36,907 nucleotides of DNA, taken from the sequence record DRR723986_1799. One strand, written 5' to 3'. The notes beneath the pieces are model-generated. The model was not told where the DNA came from and did not search any database. It was given only the letters and a program-made list of their open reading frames with translations. Shown here one piece after another: positions 27,172-36,907 of the stretch (positions within the stretch are counted from its first letter, which is position 1; the number at the start of each line of letters is the position of its first letter). A program made the position numbers and the translations under genes.

Positions 27172-28002
27172 TCAAGGCTTCGGCAACGCCTTCATGGAGT
27201 GAAGAATAGCCCGCCCAATGGCCTCGCGCTTGTACAAATCCTGAACCCGGTTGGGTGTGTCCATATTCAAAGCGAAATAGACTGGGCCACTGGACCACTC
27301 AACGTACCCAACCCACCAGCCGAACCGACCTTCCCAGCCGGTTTTGCCTCGCAGGATCCATTCTTTTTGGGCCTCGAGAACAATGATGTCTTTCACCAAC
27401 CGTTGATGTTCTACTTTAAATGGTAAGCGATTGGCGTACAGCTTTTGAAGAAAGGCAATCTGCTCAAATGCATTGATTCGAATGTTGCCATCCAGCCAGT
27501 AGCCGTCCTTACCACCACTGGGGTCCGCATTCCCATAAGCAGACAAACGCAAGTACCGGCGTGCATTGTCTTCAGAAATTTGTCGGGCAATCCACTGGTA
27601 CACCCACACCACAGAACCACGCATGGAGGAACGCAGATTCTGGTCGGCATTCCAGAGATCGAACTCGCGCTTTGTACCATCCCACTCAAAAATCTGGAAT
27701 TCATCCTTAACCACGCCTTCTTCAAGCGCAATCAAGGCGTGTGGAATTTTGTAGGTGGACGCTGGAAGGTAGGGTGTTTTTGCGCGTTCAGGATTGAATA
27801 CCTGATAGACGGGATCAACCCCCCGCGCATCCAGCACCACAATCGTTCCCTTGGCTTGATACTGATCAAATATCGATTGCCAATCTGTGCGTTCTACATA
27901 GCGTGGAATCGGGGAGTCGTTGGCCCAAGCGGAACAAAAGGCAAAGACCCCAAGGAATAAAAGAACCGCTCCATGGAAGGTCTTTGACCGAATCTGCGCC
28001 AT
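27172..28002 (-). CDS. blaOXA: Class D beta-lactamase, OXA-2-like
   Basis: Signal peptide, STYK (SxxK), SVV (SxV), YGN and KTG motifs. ATG at 28002 overlaps the upstream stop (TGATG). Confidence 0.93.
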   Translation of the reverse strand: MAQIRSKTFHGAVLLFLGVFAFCSAWANDSPIPRYVERTDWQSIFDQYQAKGTIVVLDARGVDPVYQVFNPERAKTPYLPASTYKIPHALIALEEGVVKDEFQIFEWDGTKREFDLWNADQNLRSSMRGSVVWVYQWIARQISEDNARRYLRLSAYGNADPSGGKDGYWLDGNIRINAFEQIAFLQKLYANRLPFKVEHQRLVKDIIVLEAQKEWILRGKTGWEGRFGWWVGYVEWSSGPVYFALNMDTPNRVQDLYKREAIGRAILHSMKALPKP

Positions 28003-28397
28003 CAACGGATGGCGGAATCTTTGTTGATGATATTGGTGATTTCGCTGTTGCTTAAGCTCGATGAATCGCATTTGGCATACCCGGTTCGCTCAGTCACCAG
28101 ATAACGCACACCTGCGCTGTTTTGCAGACCGGTGTCTTTTTCCTTTTCCTCAATGGCGAGTTCATCATACTCAGCAGACGCGCAAGCCCGCTCCGCTCCG
28201 GTACGCCATGTTGTCCGGGCGGCTTCAAGATTGGTCCAAGGGGCGTGGTTTGAGCGAGCGTAAATGTAAAACAAGCCTGGACCCATTTCCTCTTGTTTGT
28301 AACCACCGCCCAGCATGTTGCTGCCTTTGGACAAATCATGGGTTGACGCGCAACCCGCCAAACCAGCCACTACCAATGCAAACGCAAGTTTGTACAC
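28002..28397 (-). CDS. Hypothetical lipoprotein
   Basis: GTG start with GGAG RBS, lipobox LAGC, 131 aa with two further Cys. Confidence 0.75.
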   Translation of the reverse strand: MYKLAFALVVAGLAGCASTHDLSKGSNMLGGGYKQEEMGPGLFYIYARSNHAPWTNLEAARTTWRTGAERACASAEYDELAIEEKEKDTGLQNSAGVRYLVTERTGYAKCDSSSLSNSEITNIINKDSAIR

Positions 28398-28453
28398 AAT
28401 AAAACTCCACTGCCAATCAAAGAAAGGGCACATTGTGCCCCAGCTGGCGGCCG

Positions 28454-29305
28454 TTAAATGGCTTTGCCGTCGAAATCGCTGGCACTGTGCCGCTCAAGCA
28501 CCTGCTCATTGGGCTCACCCCAGGCGCGATTCACCATTCGCCCACGAATAACAGCTGGCCGTTTGGCAATTTCATGGGTCCAGCGCAGCACATTGGTATA
28601 AGTGTGGGCCTCCAGAAACTCGGCCGCCTCGTACACCTTGTTGGTGACCAATGCACCGTACCAAGGCCAAATCGCCATGTCCGCAATCGTGTATTCGCTG
28701 CCAGAAATGTACTCGTGGTCGGCCAGCTGACGATCCAGCACATCAAGCTGGCGTTTCACCTCCATGGCATACCGGTTAATCGGGTATTCGTACTTCTCGG
28801 GTGCATAGGCGTAAAAGTGCCCAAAACCACCACCCAGCATGGGCGCACTGCCCATTTGCCAGAACAGCCACGACAAGGTTTCTGTCCGTTTGGCTGGGTC
28901 GGTGGGCAAGAATGCCTTGAACTTCTCGGCGAGGTACAAAAGAATGGAGCCCGACTCAAATACTCGCGTGGCGGGTTTGGTGCTGCGGTCCAGCAGCGCA
29001 GGAATTTTGCTGTTGGGGTTCACTTCCACGAAGCCACTGCTGAACTGGTCGCCATTGGAAATATTGATCAACCAGGCGTCGTATTCAGCGCCTGTGTGGC
29101 CAAGAGCCAGCAATTCTTCCAGCATCACAGTGACCTTCACGCCATTGGGCGTGGCCAGTGAATAGAGCTGCAAGGGATGCTCGCCCACAGGCAATGCCTT
29201 GTCATGTGTCGCACCGGCAATCGGGCGATTGATATTCGCAAACTTGCCGCCGCTTTCCTTGTCCCACACCCAAACCTTGGGTGGTGTATATTTCGTGTCG
29301 CTCAT
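28454..29305 (-). CDS. yghU: Glutathione-dependent disulfide-bond oxidoreductase (YghU-type GST)
   Basis: YTPPKVW, INRPIAGA, YSLATPNG.KV, NPNSKIP, FESGSIL, ERHSASDF; GAGGT RBS before ATG 29305. Confidence 0.92.
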   Translation of the reverse strand: MSDTKYTPPKVWVWDKESGGKFANINRPIAGATHDKALPVGEHPLQLYSLATPNGVKVTVMLEELLALGHTGAEYDAWLINISNGDQFSSGFVEVNPNSKIPALLDRSTKPATRVFESGSILLYLAEKFKAFLPTDPAKRTETLSWLFWQMGSAPMLGGGFGHFYAYAPEKYEYPINRYAMEVKRQLDVLDRQLADHEYISGSEYTIADMAIWPWYGALVTNKVYEAAEFLEAHTYTNVLRWTHEIAKRPAVIRGRMVNRAWGEPNEQVLERHSASDFDGKAI

Positions 29306-29359
29306 GGCTAAAACCTCACTTTGCTGACTGCTCAAAAAAATCCAAAGTTCAGGATACCC

Positions 29360-29917
29360 TCAGGGAATCATGTTTTGATGAATCCAGCGTCCGGTTTCGT
29401 CGAGATCGCAACGAAACCTGACATGCCCCTCCCGTTTCAATTCCAGCAGTTCAAGACTCAATACTTTCACATTCAACACCACAAAGTTGGCACGTGCCGT
29501 ATCGAAGTCATAGACCAGAGTTCCTCCTGATAGCACGTCACCCGGGGCGCTCAGGGTGGCGTAGTCTTTTCGGGCATATTCGGGGATACGCGCCCAAAGA
29601 CTGTTCACAATCAATTCACTGGTCTGCGGCGCTGCAATGCCACATACTCGAAGCTGGGTGTTGCTGCGTGGGTTCCAAAACAAAAGCGCCACACGTGAAT
29701 CGTGGGCAATATCGGCCATTTTCTGGCTTCGACGATCGGTGTAAAACACCAGTTGATGATTGTCTGTGTTAACGGCCCTCAAGATGACCGAGCGCACTTG
29801 GGGGCCTTTCGGGCCTGCCGTGCTGAAACCCACAACACGCCAAGGGTGTTTTTTGTCCACCGTGGCGCGCACCAAAGTTTTCCAGATTTCTTCGGCATGG
29901 TTCATGCTTCTCTCCAT
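29360..29917 (-). CDS. Pyridoxamine 5'-phosphate oxidase-like FMN-binding protein
   Basis: P.VRSVILR, FYTD.RS.K, LLFW......QLR..G; alternative start at 29905. Confidence 0.85.
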   Translation of the reverse strand: MERSMNHAEEIWKTLVRATVDKKHPWRVVGFSTAGPKGPQVRSVILRAVNTDNHQLVFYTDRRSQKMADIAHDSRVALLFWNPRSNTQLRVCGIAAPQTSELIVNSLWARIPEYARKDYATLSAPGDVLSGGTLVYDFDTARANFVVLNVKVLSLELLELKREGHVRFRCDLDETGRWIHQNMIP

Positions 29918-29964
29918 GCCGTAAACGGGTTTTGTTTGTTCGGCTTCATTTTTGGGATTACACA

Positions 29965-32900
29965 GTGTCTATTCATGTTGCTCTGCGCCATATTACACGC
30001 TACCGCTACGATCGCCTGATCAATCTGGGCCCCCAAGTGGTGCGTTTACGCCCGGCCCCGCACTGTCGCACGCGCATTCTCTCCTACAGCATGAAGGTGT
30101 TGCCGCAAACCCACTTCATCAACTGGCAACAAGACCCGCAAAGCAATTACATGGGGCGCTTGATATTTCCCGAGCGCACCGAGATGCTGGAAATCGCGGT
30201 GGACCTTGTGGCTGAAATGTCAGTGTTGAATCCCTTCGATTTTTTCCTCGAAGAAGCGGCGGAGTTTTTTCCGTTCAAATACGATGCATCCTTGGACCAG
30301 GAACTGGCGCCTTACCTGGTGCCCTGCCACACAGGCAAGGCTTTCAATGCCTACATGGCCGAGATGAACTTGAGCCGGGTTAAGACCATCGATTTTCTGG
30401 TGGCTCTGAACCAGGATTTGGCAAAGCGAATCAAGTACCTGATCCGCATGGAGCCTGGCGTACAAACACCCGATGAAACACTGAGCAATGGTTCTGGTTC
30501 CTGCCGAGATACCGCATGGCTGATGGTACAAATTTTCCGCAGACTGGGCATGGCGGCCAGGTTTGCCTCGGGCTACCTGATTCAACTGACCAGCGACGTC
30601 AAAGCCATCGACGGCCCCGATGGCCCAGAGAAAGATTTCACGGACCTGCATGCCTGGTGCGAAGTGTATTTGCCCGGTGCTGGCTGGATTGGCCTCGACC
30701 CTACTTCAGGCTTATTGGCCGGAGAGGGCCACATCCCATTGGCCTGCACACCTGAACCCAGCAGCGCAGCACCCATCACCGGAACGCTGGATGAATGCGA
30801 AGTTGAGTTTGAACATGAAATGAGCGTGCAGCGCGTGTATGAATCGCCGCGCACCAGCAAACCTTATTCTGATGAGCAATGGAAGGGCATTGAAGCACTG
30901 GGCTTTGAAGTGGACAAAGCACTTGACGCACTGGATGTACGCCTGACCATGGGTGGCGAACCCACTTTTGTGGCCAACACAGACCGGGGTGCTGCTGAGT
31001 GGAACATTGATGCACTGGGGCCCACCAAACGCGAATACGGCATCAAGATGCTGAATAGGCTCGCCAAATATTATGGCAAGGGCGGCCTATATCACTTTGG
31101 TCAAGGCAAGTGGTACCCCGGCGAGCAGTTGCCGCGTTGGGCACTTTCGCTGTACTGGCTGAAAAGCGGTGAGCCAATCTGGAAAAACCCGAAACTGCTC
31201 AGCCATGAACAAGCGGATGGAAAAGCAAACAACGCCACCGCCAAACAGTTTATGGAAGGGTTGTGCGGCCGCTTGGGGCTACACCCGCGCTACGTGATGC
31301 CTGGTTTCGAAGACGCTTGGTATTACATGTGGCGCGAGCGCAAACTGCCCGTGAATGTGGACCCATTCGATTCAAGGCTGGACGACCCACTTGAGCGCAA
31401 GCGCCTGAACAAGGTGTTTACCCAAGGGCTGACCGAGGAAGTGGGCTATTGCCTGCCCATTCAATCAACCAAAGGCCAATGGCGCACAGGGCAGTGGTTT
31501 TTGCGAGACGAACGTATGTACCTGATTCCGGGCGATTCGCCCATGGGCTATCGCCTGCCGCTGGATTCACAACCCTGGGTGGCTAAAAAGGACTATCCAT
31601 ACACCATTCCTGCCGACCCGTTCGCACCCCCTGCTCCTTCACGCGTGGCCCTGCAAAAGCCCAGTGCCAAAGCAAGTGCAGCCAGTGTGACCGATGACAA
31701 GGCCCCTGTAATGAAAGAATCGGCCACGCACATTGTGCGTACCGCCATGTGTGTGCAGGCACGCAACGGACATTTGTATGTGTTCATGCCCCCACTCGAG
31801 GTACTCGACGATTATCTTGAACTGGTAGCCAGAATTGAAGATACCGCCGAGGCGATGAGTCAGCCTGTGGTGCTGGAGGGTTACCCTCCCCCGCGTGACA
31901 AGCGGATGACCATGTTGCAAGTTACACCCGATCCAGGCGTGCTGGAGGTGAATGTTCAACCTAGCAAAAACTGGGGTGAGCTATTGCACCTGACCACGAA
32001 TTTGTATGAAGAAGCGCGACTAATTGGCCTTTCTACCGAAAAATTCATGCTGGATGGCAGGCACAGCGGCACGGGTGGAGGCAACCATTTCGTGATGGGC
32101 GGTGAAACCCCAGAACATAGCCCTTTTTTGCGCCGCCCTGATTTGCTGGGCAGCCTGCTGCGTTACTGGCACAACCACCCAGGCTTATCCTATTTGTTCT
32201 CAGGCCTGTTTATTGGCCCTACCAGCCAGGCCCCGCGCGTAGACGAAGCACGCAGCGATCAGGTTCACGAACTTGAACTGGCACTCAATGAGCTGGATCG
32301 GCAAATGCAAAAGCATGGAGGCAACCCGCCTTCGTGGATTATCGACCGCCTTTTGCGCAACATTTTGATCGATTCGACAGGTAACACCCACCGCAGCGAA
32401 TTTTGTATTGACAAGCTGTACAGCCCCGACACCTCCACAGGACGCCTGGGCCTGCTTGAGTTGCGTGCCTTCGAGATGCCACCGAATGCTCAAATGAGCC
32501 TAGCGCAGCAACTGCTGCTGCGCACCCTGATTGCCAAATTCTGGAAAACACCTTACACGGCAAGGCTCGTGAAATGGGGCACACGCCTGCACGACCAGTT
32601 CATGCTCTCCACCTTCGTCAAAAACGACATCGCAGATGTCGTGGCCGATCTGAATGCTGCCGGTTTCCCGTTCCAGATGGACTGGTTTGCACCGCACTTT
32701 GCGTTCCGTTTTCCGAAGATGGGCGACTTTTCCAGCCGTGGTGTTGAGGTGGAGTTATTCAGCGCCCTGGAGCCCTGGCACGTATTGGGCGAGGAAGGCG
32801 CGCCCGGTGGCACTGTGCGGTATGTCGATTCGTCACTTGAACGCCTGGAAGTGAAAGTAAAAAACTTTGTCGATGAACGCTACACCCTGACCTGCAATGG

Positions 32901-33249
32901 TGTAAAAGTACCCCTGCACAGCACGGGCACCGAGGGCGAATATGTGGCTGGCGTGCGCTACCGGGCCTGGCAACCACCCAACGCCCTGCACCCCACTATT
33001 GGCGTACACACCCCCTTGGTGTTCGACTTGATCGACACATGGAATGGCCGCAGCCTGGGTGGTTGCCAGTACCATGTAGCCCACCCGGGCGGGCGCAATT
33101 ATGACCTATTCCCGGTGAATGCCTTCGAAGCGGAAAGCCGACGCCTAACCCGCTTCTTCCGCATGGGCCATACCCATGGCAAGGTTAGTGTAAAAAGCCC
33201 AAGCGGAAGACCCGAGTTCCCCATCACACTAGACCTAAGATGGTGTTAG
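29965..33249 (+). CDS. Transglutaminase domain fused to DUF2126 (putative COOH-NH2 ligase)
   Basis: GTG start (MSIHVAL.H.T.Y.YD); triad GSCRD / DLHAW / LDPT; LTMGGEPTF, TPDPGVLEVN, GTGGGNH, GNTHRSEFCIDK, LELRAFEMPP. Confidence 0.9.
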   Translation: MSIHVALRHITRYRYDRLINLGPQVVRLRPAPHCRTRILSYSMKVLPQTHFINWQQDPQSNYMGRLIFPERTEMLEIAVDLVAEMSVLNPFDFFLEEAAEFFPFKYDASLDQELAPYLVPCHTGKAFNAYMAEMNLSRVKTIDFLVALNQDLAKRIKYLIRMEPGVQTPDETLSNGSGSCRDTAWLMVQIFRRLGMAARFASGYLIQLTSDVKAIDGPDGPEKDFTDLHAWCEVYLPGAGWIGLDPTSGLLAGEGHIPLACTPEPSSAAPITGTLDECEVEFEHEMSVQRVYESPRTSKPYSDEQWKGIEALGFEVDKALDALDVRLTMGGEPTFVANTDRGAAEWNIDALGPTKREYGIKMLNRLAKYYGKGGLYHFGQGKWYPGEQLPRWALSLYWLKSGEPIWKNPKLLSHEQADGKANNATAKQFMEGLCGRLGLHPRYVMPGFEDAWYYMWRERKLPVNVDPFDSRLDDPLERKRLNKVFTQGLTEEVGYCLPIQSTKGQWRTGQWFLRDERMYLIPGDSPMGYRLPLDSQPWVAKKDYPYTIPADPFAPPAPSRVALQKPSAKASAASVTDDKAPVMKESATHIVRTAMCVQARNGHLYVFMPPLEVLDDYLELVARIEDTAEAMSQPVVLEGYPPPRDKRMTMLQVTPDPGVLEVNVQPSKNWGELLHLTTNLYEEARLIGLSTEKFMLDGRHSGTGGGNHFVMGGETPEHSPFLRRPDLLGSLLRYWHNHPGLSYLFSGLFIGPTSQAPRVDEARSDQVHELELALNELDRQMQKHGGNPPSWIIDRLLRNILIDSTGNTHRSEFCIDKLYSPDTSTGRLGLLELRAFEMPPNAQMSLAQQLLLRTLIAKFWKTPYTARLVKWGTRLHDQFMLSTFVKNDIADVVADLNAAGFPFQMDWFAPHFAFRFPKMGDFSSRGVEVELFSALEPWHVLGEEGAPGGTVRYVDSSLERLEVKVKNFVDERYTLTCNGVKVPLHSTGTEGEYVAGVRYRAWQPPNALHPTIGVHTPLVFDLIDTWNGRSLGGCQYHVAHPGGRNYDLFPVNAFEAESRRLTRFFRMGHTHGKVSVKSPSGRPEFPITLDLRWC

Positions 33250-33280
33250 GCATTTACAATAGGGCACCGAACTTTAGGCA

Positions 33281-35854
33281 GTGACCGCTTTGAGCGCGAA
33301 CCCGAACACCACCCTAGCAAATGTCGAGGTGCCCTGGCAGCAGAGCATCCTTCAAGGCACCAGCGCGTACTACAGCGAGCTGGCGGTCAAAGGTGTTCTG
33401 CGCCCAGCATGGGCAGATTTCGTCAGCCGATTGCCCACCACCGGGCTTAGCGACCACCTGGACAGCAAGTTGAATGCCCTGGCCAAGCAAATTCGCGACA
33501 ACGGCATTACCTACAATGTGTACGCCGACCACGCACAGGGCACCTCGCGCCCTTGGTCGCTCGACTTGCTGCCTTTCATCATTGACCAGGCTGATTGGGC
33601 GGTGCTGCAAACCGGGATTGCCCAACGTGCGCGCCTGTTGAATGCGATGATGGCCGACGTGTATGGCAAGCGCGAATTACTTTCCAAAGGTCTGCTCCCT
33701 GCAGATCTGGTCTTTGGGCATTCAGGCTACTTGCCGCAAATGCAAGGCACGGAACCACCTAACAAGGTGTGGCTGCACATGGTGGCGTTCGATCTCGGCC
33801 GCAGCCCGGATGGCAAATGGTGGGTGATCACTCACCGTATGCAGGCCCCTTCCGGGCTTGGGTATGCACTTGAGAACCGTCTGAGTATTTCGCGCAGTTT
33901 TACACGCGGCTTTCGAGAAATGCACATTCAGCATTTGGCCGGTTTTTACCGCGACTACATCGATGGTATCCGCAGGCTTTCGCCCAAGGGTGAAAATGCA
34001 CGCATTGCCCTGCTGACCCCTGGCCCGTACAACGAAACTTATTTTGAGCACACCTACCTGGCGCGTTATCTGGGTATTTCGCTGGTTGAAGGCAGCGACC
34101 TGACCGTGCGCAACAACAATGTGTTTCTAAAAACCGTGAATGGACTTGAGCCCATCGATGGATTGATTCGCAGAACGGATGACCAATGGCTCGACCCGCT
34201 TGAGCTGCGCGAGGATTCCCAACTGGGCGTGCCCGGCCTCTTGCAGGCTATTCGCACCGGTGGTGTTGTCATGGCCAATATGCCCGGCGCAGGCTGGTTG
34301 GAAAGCCCGGCCATACACGGCTTTATGCCGGGGCTAGGCCAACACTACCTTCAAGAAGATTTGCTGTTGCCCAGCGTGCCCAGCTGGTGGTGCGGCGAAT
34401 CACCTGCATGGGCGCAGGCCAGCGAACGGCTGAACAACCTGGTGATTAAATCCACTGGACCAAACCGCCGAGGACGCACCATGGAATCCATCATGGGCTC
34501 GGAGCTGGATGAAATAGAAAAGCGGGCCTGGTTATCCAAAATCAGTCAGCGACCCTCGCAATACACCCTTCAGGAATTGATACCGCTTTCGCGCGTGCCG
34601 ATCTGGACCGGTGCTGGCGGTATTGAAGAACGCGCCATGATGCTGCGCCTGTTCGCCGTGACTGATGGACAGGGCAACTACACCGTGATGCCGGGTGGGC
34701 TGACCCGCGTGGCCGGTGACCAACACGGCATTGTGAGCATGCAAAAAGGCGGCACCAGCCTGGACACTTGGGTGCGCAGCGGCGAACCTGTCGAACGCAC
34801 CACCAACCTGAAAGAAAAACTGCAAGCCAAAGATTTGCAGGCGTTGCGCAGGCCAGTGTCCAGTCGGGCTGCGGAGCATTTGTTTTGGCTTGGGCGTTAC
34901 ACCGAGCGGGCCAGTTTTTCATTGCGCCTGTTAATGCGCGCGCAATTGTTGCTGAACGAAGAAGAATACCTGGACACCACGACCTTGGGTTTGTTGCATG
35001 AATTGTGCGGCAAACAAGGATTGAGTACCGAGTTTGACCCGGCTGAACCTCTGAACCAGGATGAACTTGAGGCCAATATTCTTGAACGGCTCTGGTACAA
35101 AACCGGAATCGATGCGCCACCTGCCGTTGGGCTTGCGGGACAATTGAACGGTCTTGCCAATGTTGCTGGGCAATTGAGGGAGCGCTTGAGCAGCGGCCAT
35201 TGGCGATTGCTGAACGATTGCGCCAAAGTGCTGATCGAGCCGGACTGGGTACGTTTTCAACGCAGCTTGCCCACCGCTTCGCTGGAGCAGGTTCAGTTGT
35301 ATTTGCTGGCCATGCACGGCGAGCAAAGTGACCACATGACTCGCGACAACGGTTGGCGCTTTTTGCAACTGGGCCGTCAACTTGAACGTTTGTGCGGTGC
35401 CTGCGATTGTTTGCTGTCACTGACCAGCATGCCTGGGCGCGCGGGCGAACACGGCCTGGCTTTGGCCATCGCCTTGGCCGACAGCACCATCACCTACAGG
35501 TCGCGCTATCAACACCGCTTTGAATGGTTGCCCACACTCGACTTGTTGATCTTTGACGAAGATGCGCCCTATGCCATTCGCCGAATTCTGTATAAGCTGG
35601 ACATTGTGATTGACCGCTTGCCCGGCGACACCAGCCAGATTCGACAACTGTTCAACAGCGTGTACCGCAATGGCGACATGCCGGACGGCCTGAGCCTGGA
35701 GGGACTGCAACCGCCCTTCCCGGCCGATACCGGGCGCAAATTGCGCGTTTGGCTGCAAGAATTACTCGACACGGCCTACAAAGTTTCAGACCTTGTGGGT
35801 GCCCAATATTTCAGACTGGCAGAGTTGCCCGACCAGGTCATTCAGGGAAGATAA
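33281..35854 (+). CDS. Circularly permuted type 2 ATP-grasp fused to alpha-E domain
   Basis: APSGLGYALENR, LTPGPYNETYFEH..LA.YLG..LVEG.DL, MPGGLTRV; alpha-E motifs LFWLGRYTERA and GWRFL.LGR.LER. Confidence 0.9.
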   Translation: MTALSANPNTTLANVEVPWQQSILQGTSAYYSELAVKGVLRPAWADFVSRLPTTGLSDHLDSKLNALAKQIRDNGITYNVYADHAQGTSRPWSLDLLPFIIDQADWAVLQTGIAQRARLLNAMMADVYGKRELLSKGLLPADLVFGHSGYLPQMQGTEPPNKVWLHMVAFDLGRSPDGKWWVITHRMQAPSGLGYALENRLSISRSFTRGFREMHIQHLAGFYRDYIDGIRRLSPKGENARIALLTPGPYNETYFEHTYLARYLGISLVEGSDLTVRNNNVFLKTVNGLEPIDGLIRRTDDQWLDPLELREDSQLGVPGLLQAIRTGGVVMANMPGAGWLESPAIHGFMPGLGQHYLQEDLLLPSVPSWWCGESPAWAQASERLNNLVIKSTGPNRRGRTMESIMGSELDEIEKRAWLSKISQRPSQYTLQELIPLSRVPIWTGAGGIEERAMMLRLFAVTDGQGNYTVMPGGLTRVAGDQHGIVSMQKGGTSLDTWVRSGEPVERTTNLKEKLQAKDLQALRRPVSSRAAEHLFWLGRYTERASFSLRLLMRAQLLLNEEEYLDTTTLGLLHELCGKQGLSTEFDPAEPLNQDELEANILERLWYKTGIDAPPAVGLAGQLNGLANVAGQLRERLSSGHWRLLNDCAKVLIEPDWVRFQRSLPTASLEQVQLYLLAMHGEQSDHMTRDNGWRFLQLGRQLERLCGACDCLLSLTSMPGRAGEHGLALAIALADSTITYRSRYQHRFEWLPTLDLLIFDEDAPYAIRRILYKLDIVIDRLPGDTSQIRQLFNSVYRNGDMPDGLSLEGLQPPFPADTGRKLRVWLQELLDTAYKVSDLVGAQYFRLAELPDQVIQGR

Positions 35855-35858
35855 ATCA

Positions 35859-36776
35859 ATGCCCTTCTCGGAAAGAAGAAAGGTGACCCATGTTACCGAC
35901 TACGACTATCAACAACCTGCGGAATGCTCGCAGCAAATTTGTATTTTGCAGCCGCAAGAAGGCGAAGGCATGGAAGCCGGGCCTTTGCGCAAGGGTCAAA
36001 AGCTGATTTCGCACACGCTGAAAATTCGCCCCAATCCGTCGACTGTACAAAGCAACACCGATGCATTTGGCAATGTGGTTCATCACTTCGAGATGAATTA
36101 CCCGCACGATCACCTCGAAGTGCACAGCGAAAGCGAAGTCGAGGTGAGCAGCTTTTTACACACGGGGCCAATTGATGATTTGATCAGCCCAAGCTGGAAT
36201 GAGTTGGTGGACCAACTGCGCTACCAGGCTGGCCAAGCAATTTCTGACGATTACCAGTTCAGGTTTGAATCCAAACATGTGCCTTTGCTCGATTCGCTGC
36301 GCGACTATGGCAGTCTTGATTTCTGGCCCGGACGCCAGGTGGTGCACGCCGGGCAGGCCTTGATGCAGCGTATTTTTCGGGAATTCACCTACCAGAGTGG
36401 TTCCACCACCATCCAGACCACCGTTGAGGAGGTCATGCAAAGCCGCGAAGGCGTTTGCCAGGACTTCGCACATGTGATGTTGGGGGTGCTGCGCTCGCTG
36501 GGGCTTTCAGCCCGCTATGTAAGCGGCTACATGCTGACCGAACCACCACCAGGGCAACCCAAGCTGTTGGGTGCTGATGCCAGCCACGCCTGGGTTTCGC
36601 TGTGGTGTGGTCCTGATGTGGGGTGGGTAGACTTCGACCCGACCAACAACCAGTTGCCAGATACCCGGTACGTGACCGTGGCAGTTGGACGAGACTACGC
36701 GGATGTGCCGCCGATGCGCGGAGTTGTGCATGGTGGTGGGGAACATACCTTGAAGGTGGCGGTGACGGTTTTTTAG
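35859..36776 (+). CDS. Transglutaminase-family protein
   Basis: H.T.Y.Y, D.FGN, triad GVCQDFAH / ASHAW / FDPTN, GRDYADV.P..G; ATG 4 bp after the upstream stop. Confidence 0.92.
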   Translation: MPFSERRKVTHVTDYDYQQPAECSQQICILQPQEGEGMEAGPLRKGQKLISHTLKIRPNPSTVQSNTDAFGNVVHHFEMNYPHDHLEVHSESEVEVSSFLHTGPIDDLISPSWNELVDQLRYQAGQAISDDYQFRFESKHVPLLDSLRDYGSLDFWPGRQVVHAGQALMQRIFREFTYQSGSTTIQTTVEEVMQSREGVCQDFAHVMLGVLRSLGLSARYVSGYMLTEPPPGQPKLLGADASHAWVSLWCGPDVGWVDFDPTNNQLPDTRYVTVAVGRDYADVPPMRGVVHGGGEHTLKVAVTVF

Positions 36777-36780
36777 ACAT

Positions 36781-36864
36781 CGCCAGTTTCTTGATTGCCT
36801 ATGCGCCTGTTGCTTCATCCCGTCGGTTTCTTGATGGCCTCTGGGCATGTTGCATCATCCCGCC
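36781..36864. repeat. Imperfect 40-bp tandem repeat (2 copies)
   Basis: 36781-36820 and 36821-36860 match at 33/40 positions, followed by the short inverted repeat CCCGC-CTTG-GCGGG. Confidence 0.75.
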
Positions 36865-36874
36865 TTGGCGGGCT

Positions 36875-36907
36875 TTATTCCCGCTTGATGCGCAGCGAGG
36901 GGCGATT
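36875..36907 (-). CDS. Possible 3' end of a convergent gene running off the window
   Basis: Minus strand reads NRPSLRIKRE-TAA, followed by a hairpin; too short to identify. Confidence 0.35.
   Translation of the reverse strand, partial: NRPSLRIKRE

Noticed and set aside
28003-28071. N-terminal extension of the OXA ORF (and the longer starts at 10725, 17209, 21762, 25243, 29335, 29932, 35793)
   Set aside because: Downstream starts fit RBS position, stop/start coupling or family N-termini better.
27055-28453. Integron gene cassette context for blaOXA
   Set aside because: No RYYYAAC...GTTRRRY attC structure or intI was seen flanking the gene.
36781-36864. CRISPR array
   Set aside because: Two adjacent units with no spacers and no cas genes; no array was seen anywhere in the window.

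Overview
A 36.9-kb bacterial chromosomal window with typical Burkholderiales gene order (tRNA-Asn, aminotransferase, uvrB, LMW-PTP, isc operon). A Limnobacter-like host is my guess only. The left ~15.6 kb is accessory DNA downstream of tRNA-Asn(GTT). It holds an RNase H-fold ORF, a TPR/glycosyltransferase/FkbM fusion, and a TetR/LysR-regulated lipid-modification cluster. It also holds a translationally coupled pair encoding a TIR-TM-beta-propeller protein and a TPR-sensor/SLOG-like/class III nucleotide cyclase with non-canonical active-site residues, followed by a GFA gene. A 2.5-kb integrase-less islet (cheW remnant, desaturase, AraC) is bounded by a 45-bp duplication of the tRNA 3' half. The middle is housekeeping, including iscRSUA-hscBA-fdx-iscX with tandem IscR boxes. 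The right part has a ClsC-like PLD lipoprotein, a chromosomal OXA-2-like class D beta-lactamase coupled to a lipoprotein gene, a YghU-like GST, a PNPOx-like protein, and the transglutaminase-amidoligase / CP-ATP-grasp-alpha-E / transglutaminase operon. The best candidate for an undescribed system is the TIR receptor plus TPR-SLOG-cyclase operon at 7843-13052. All domain calls were made by eye from motifs; no searches were run.
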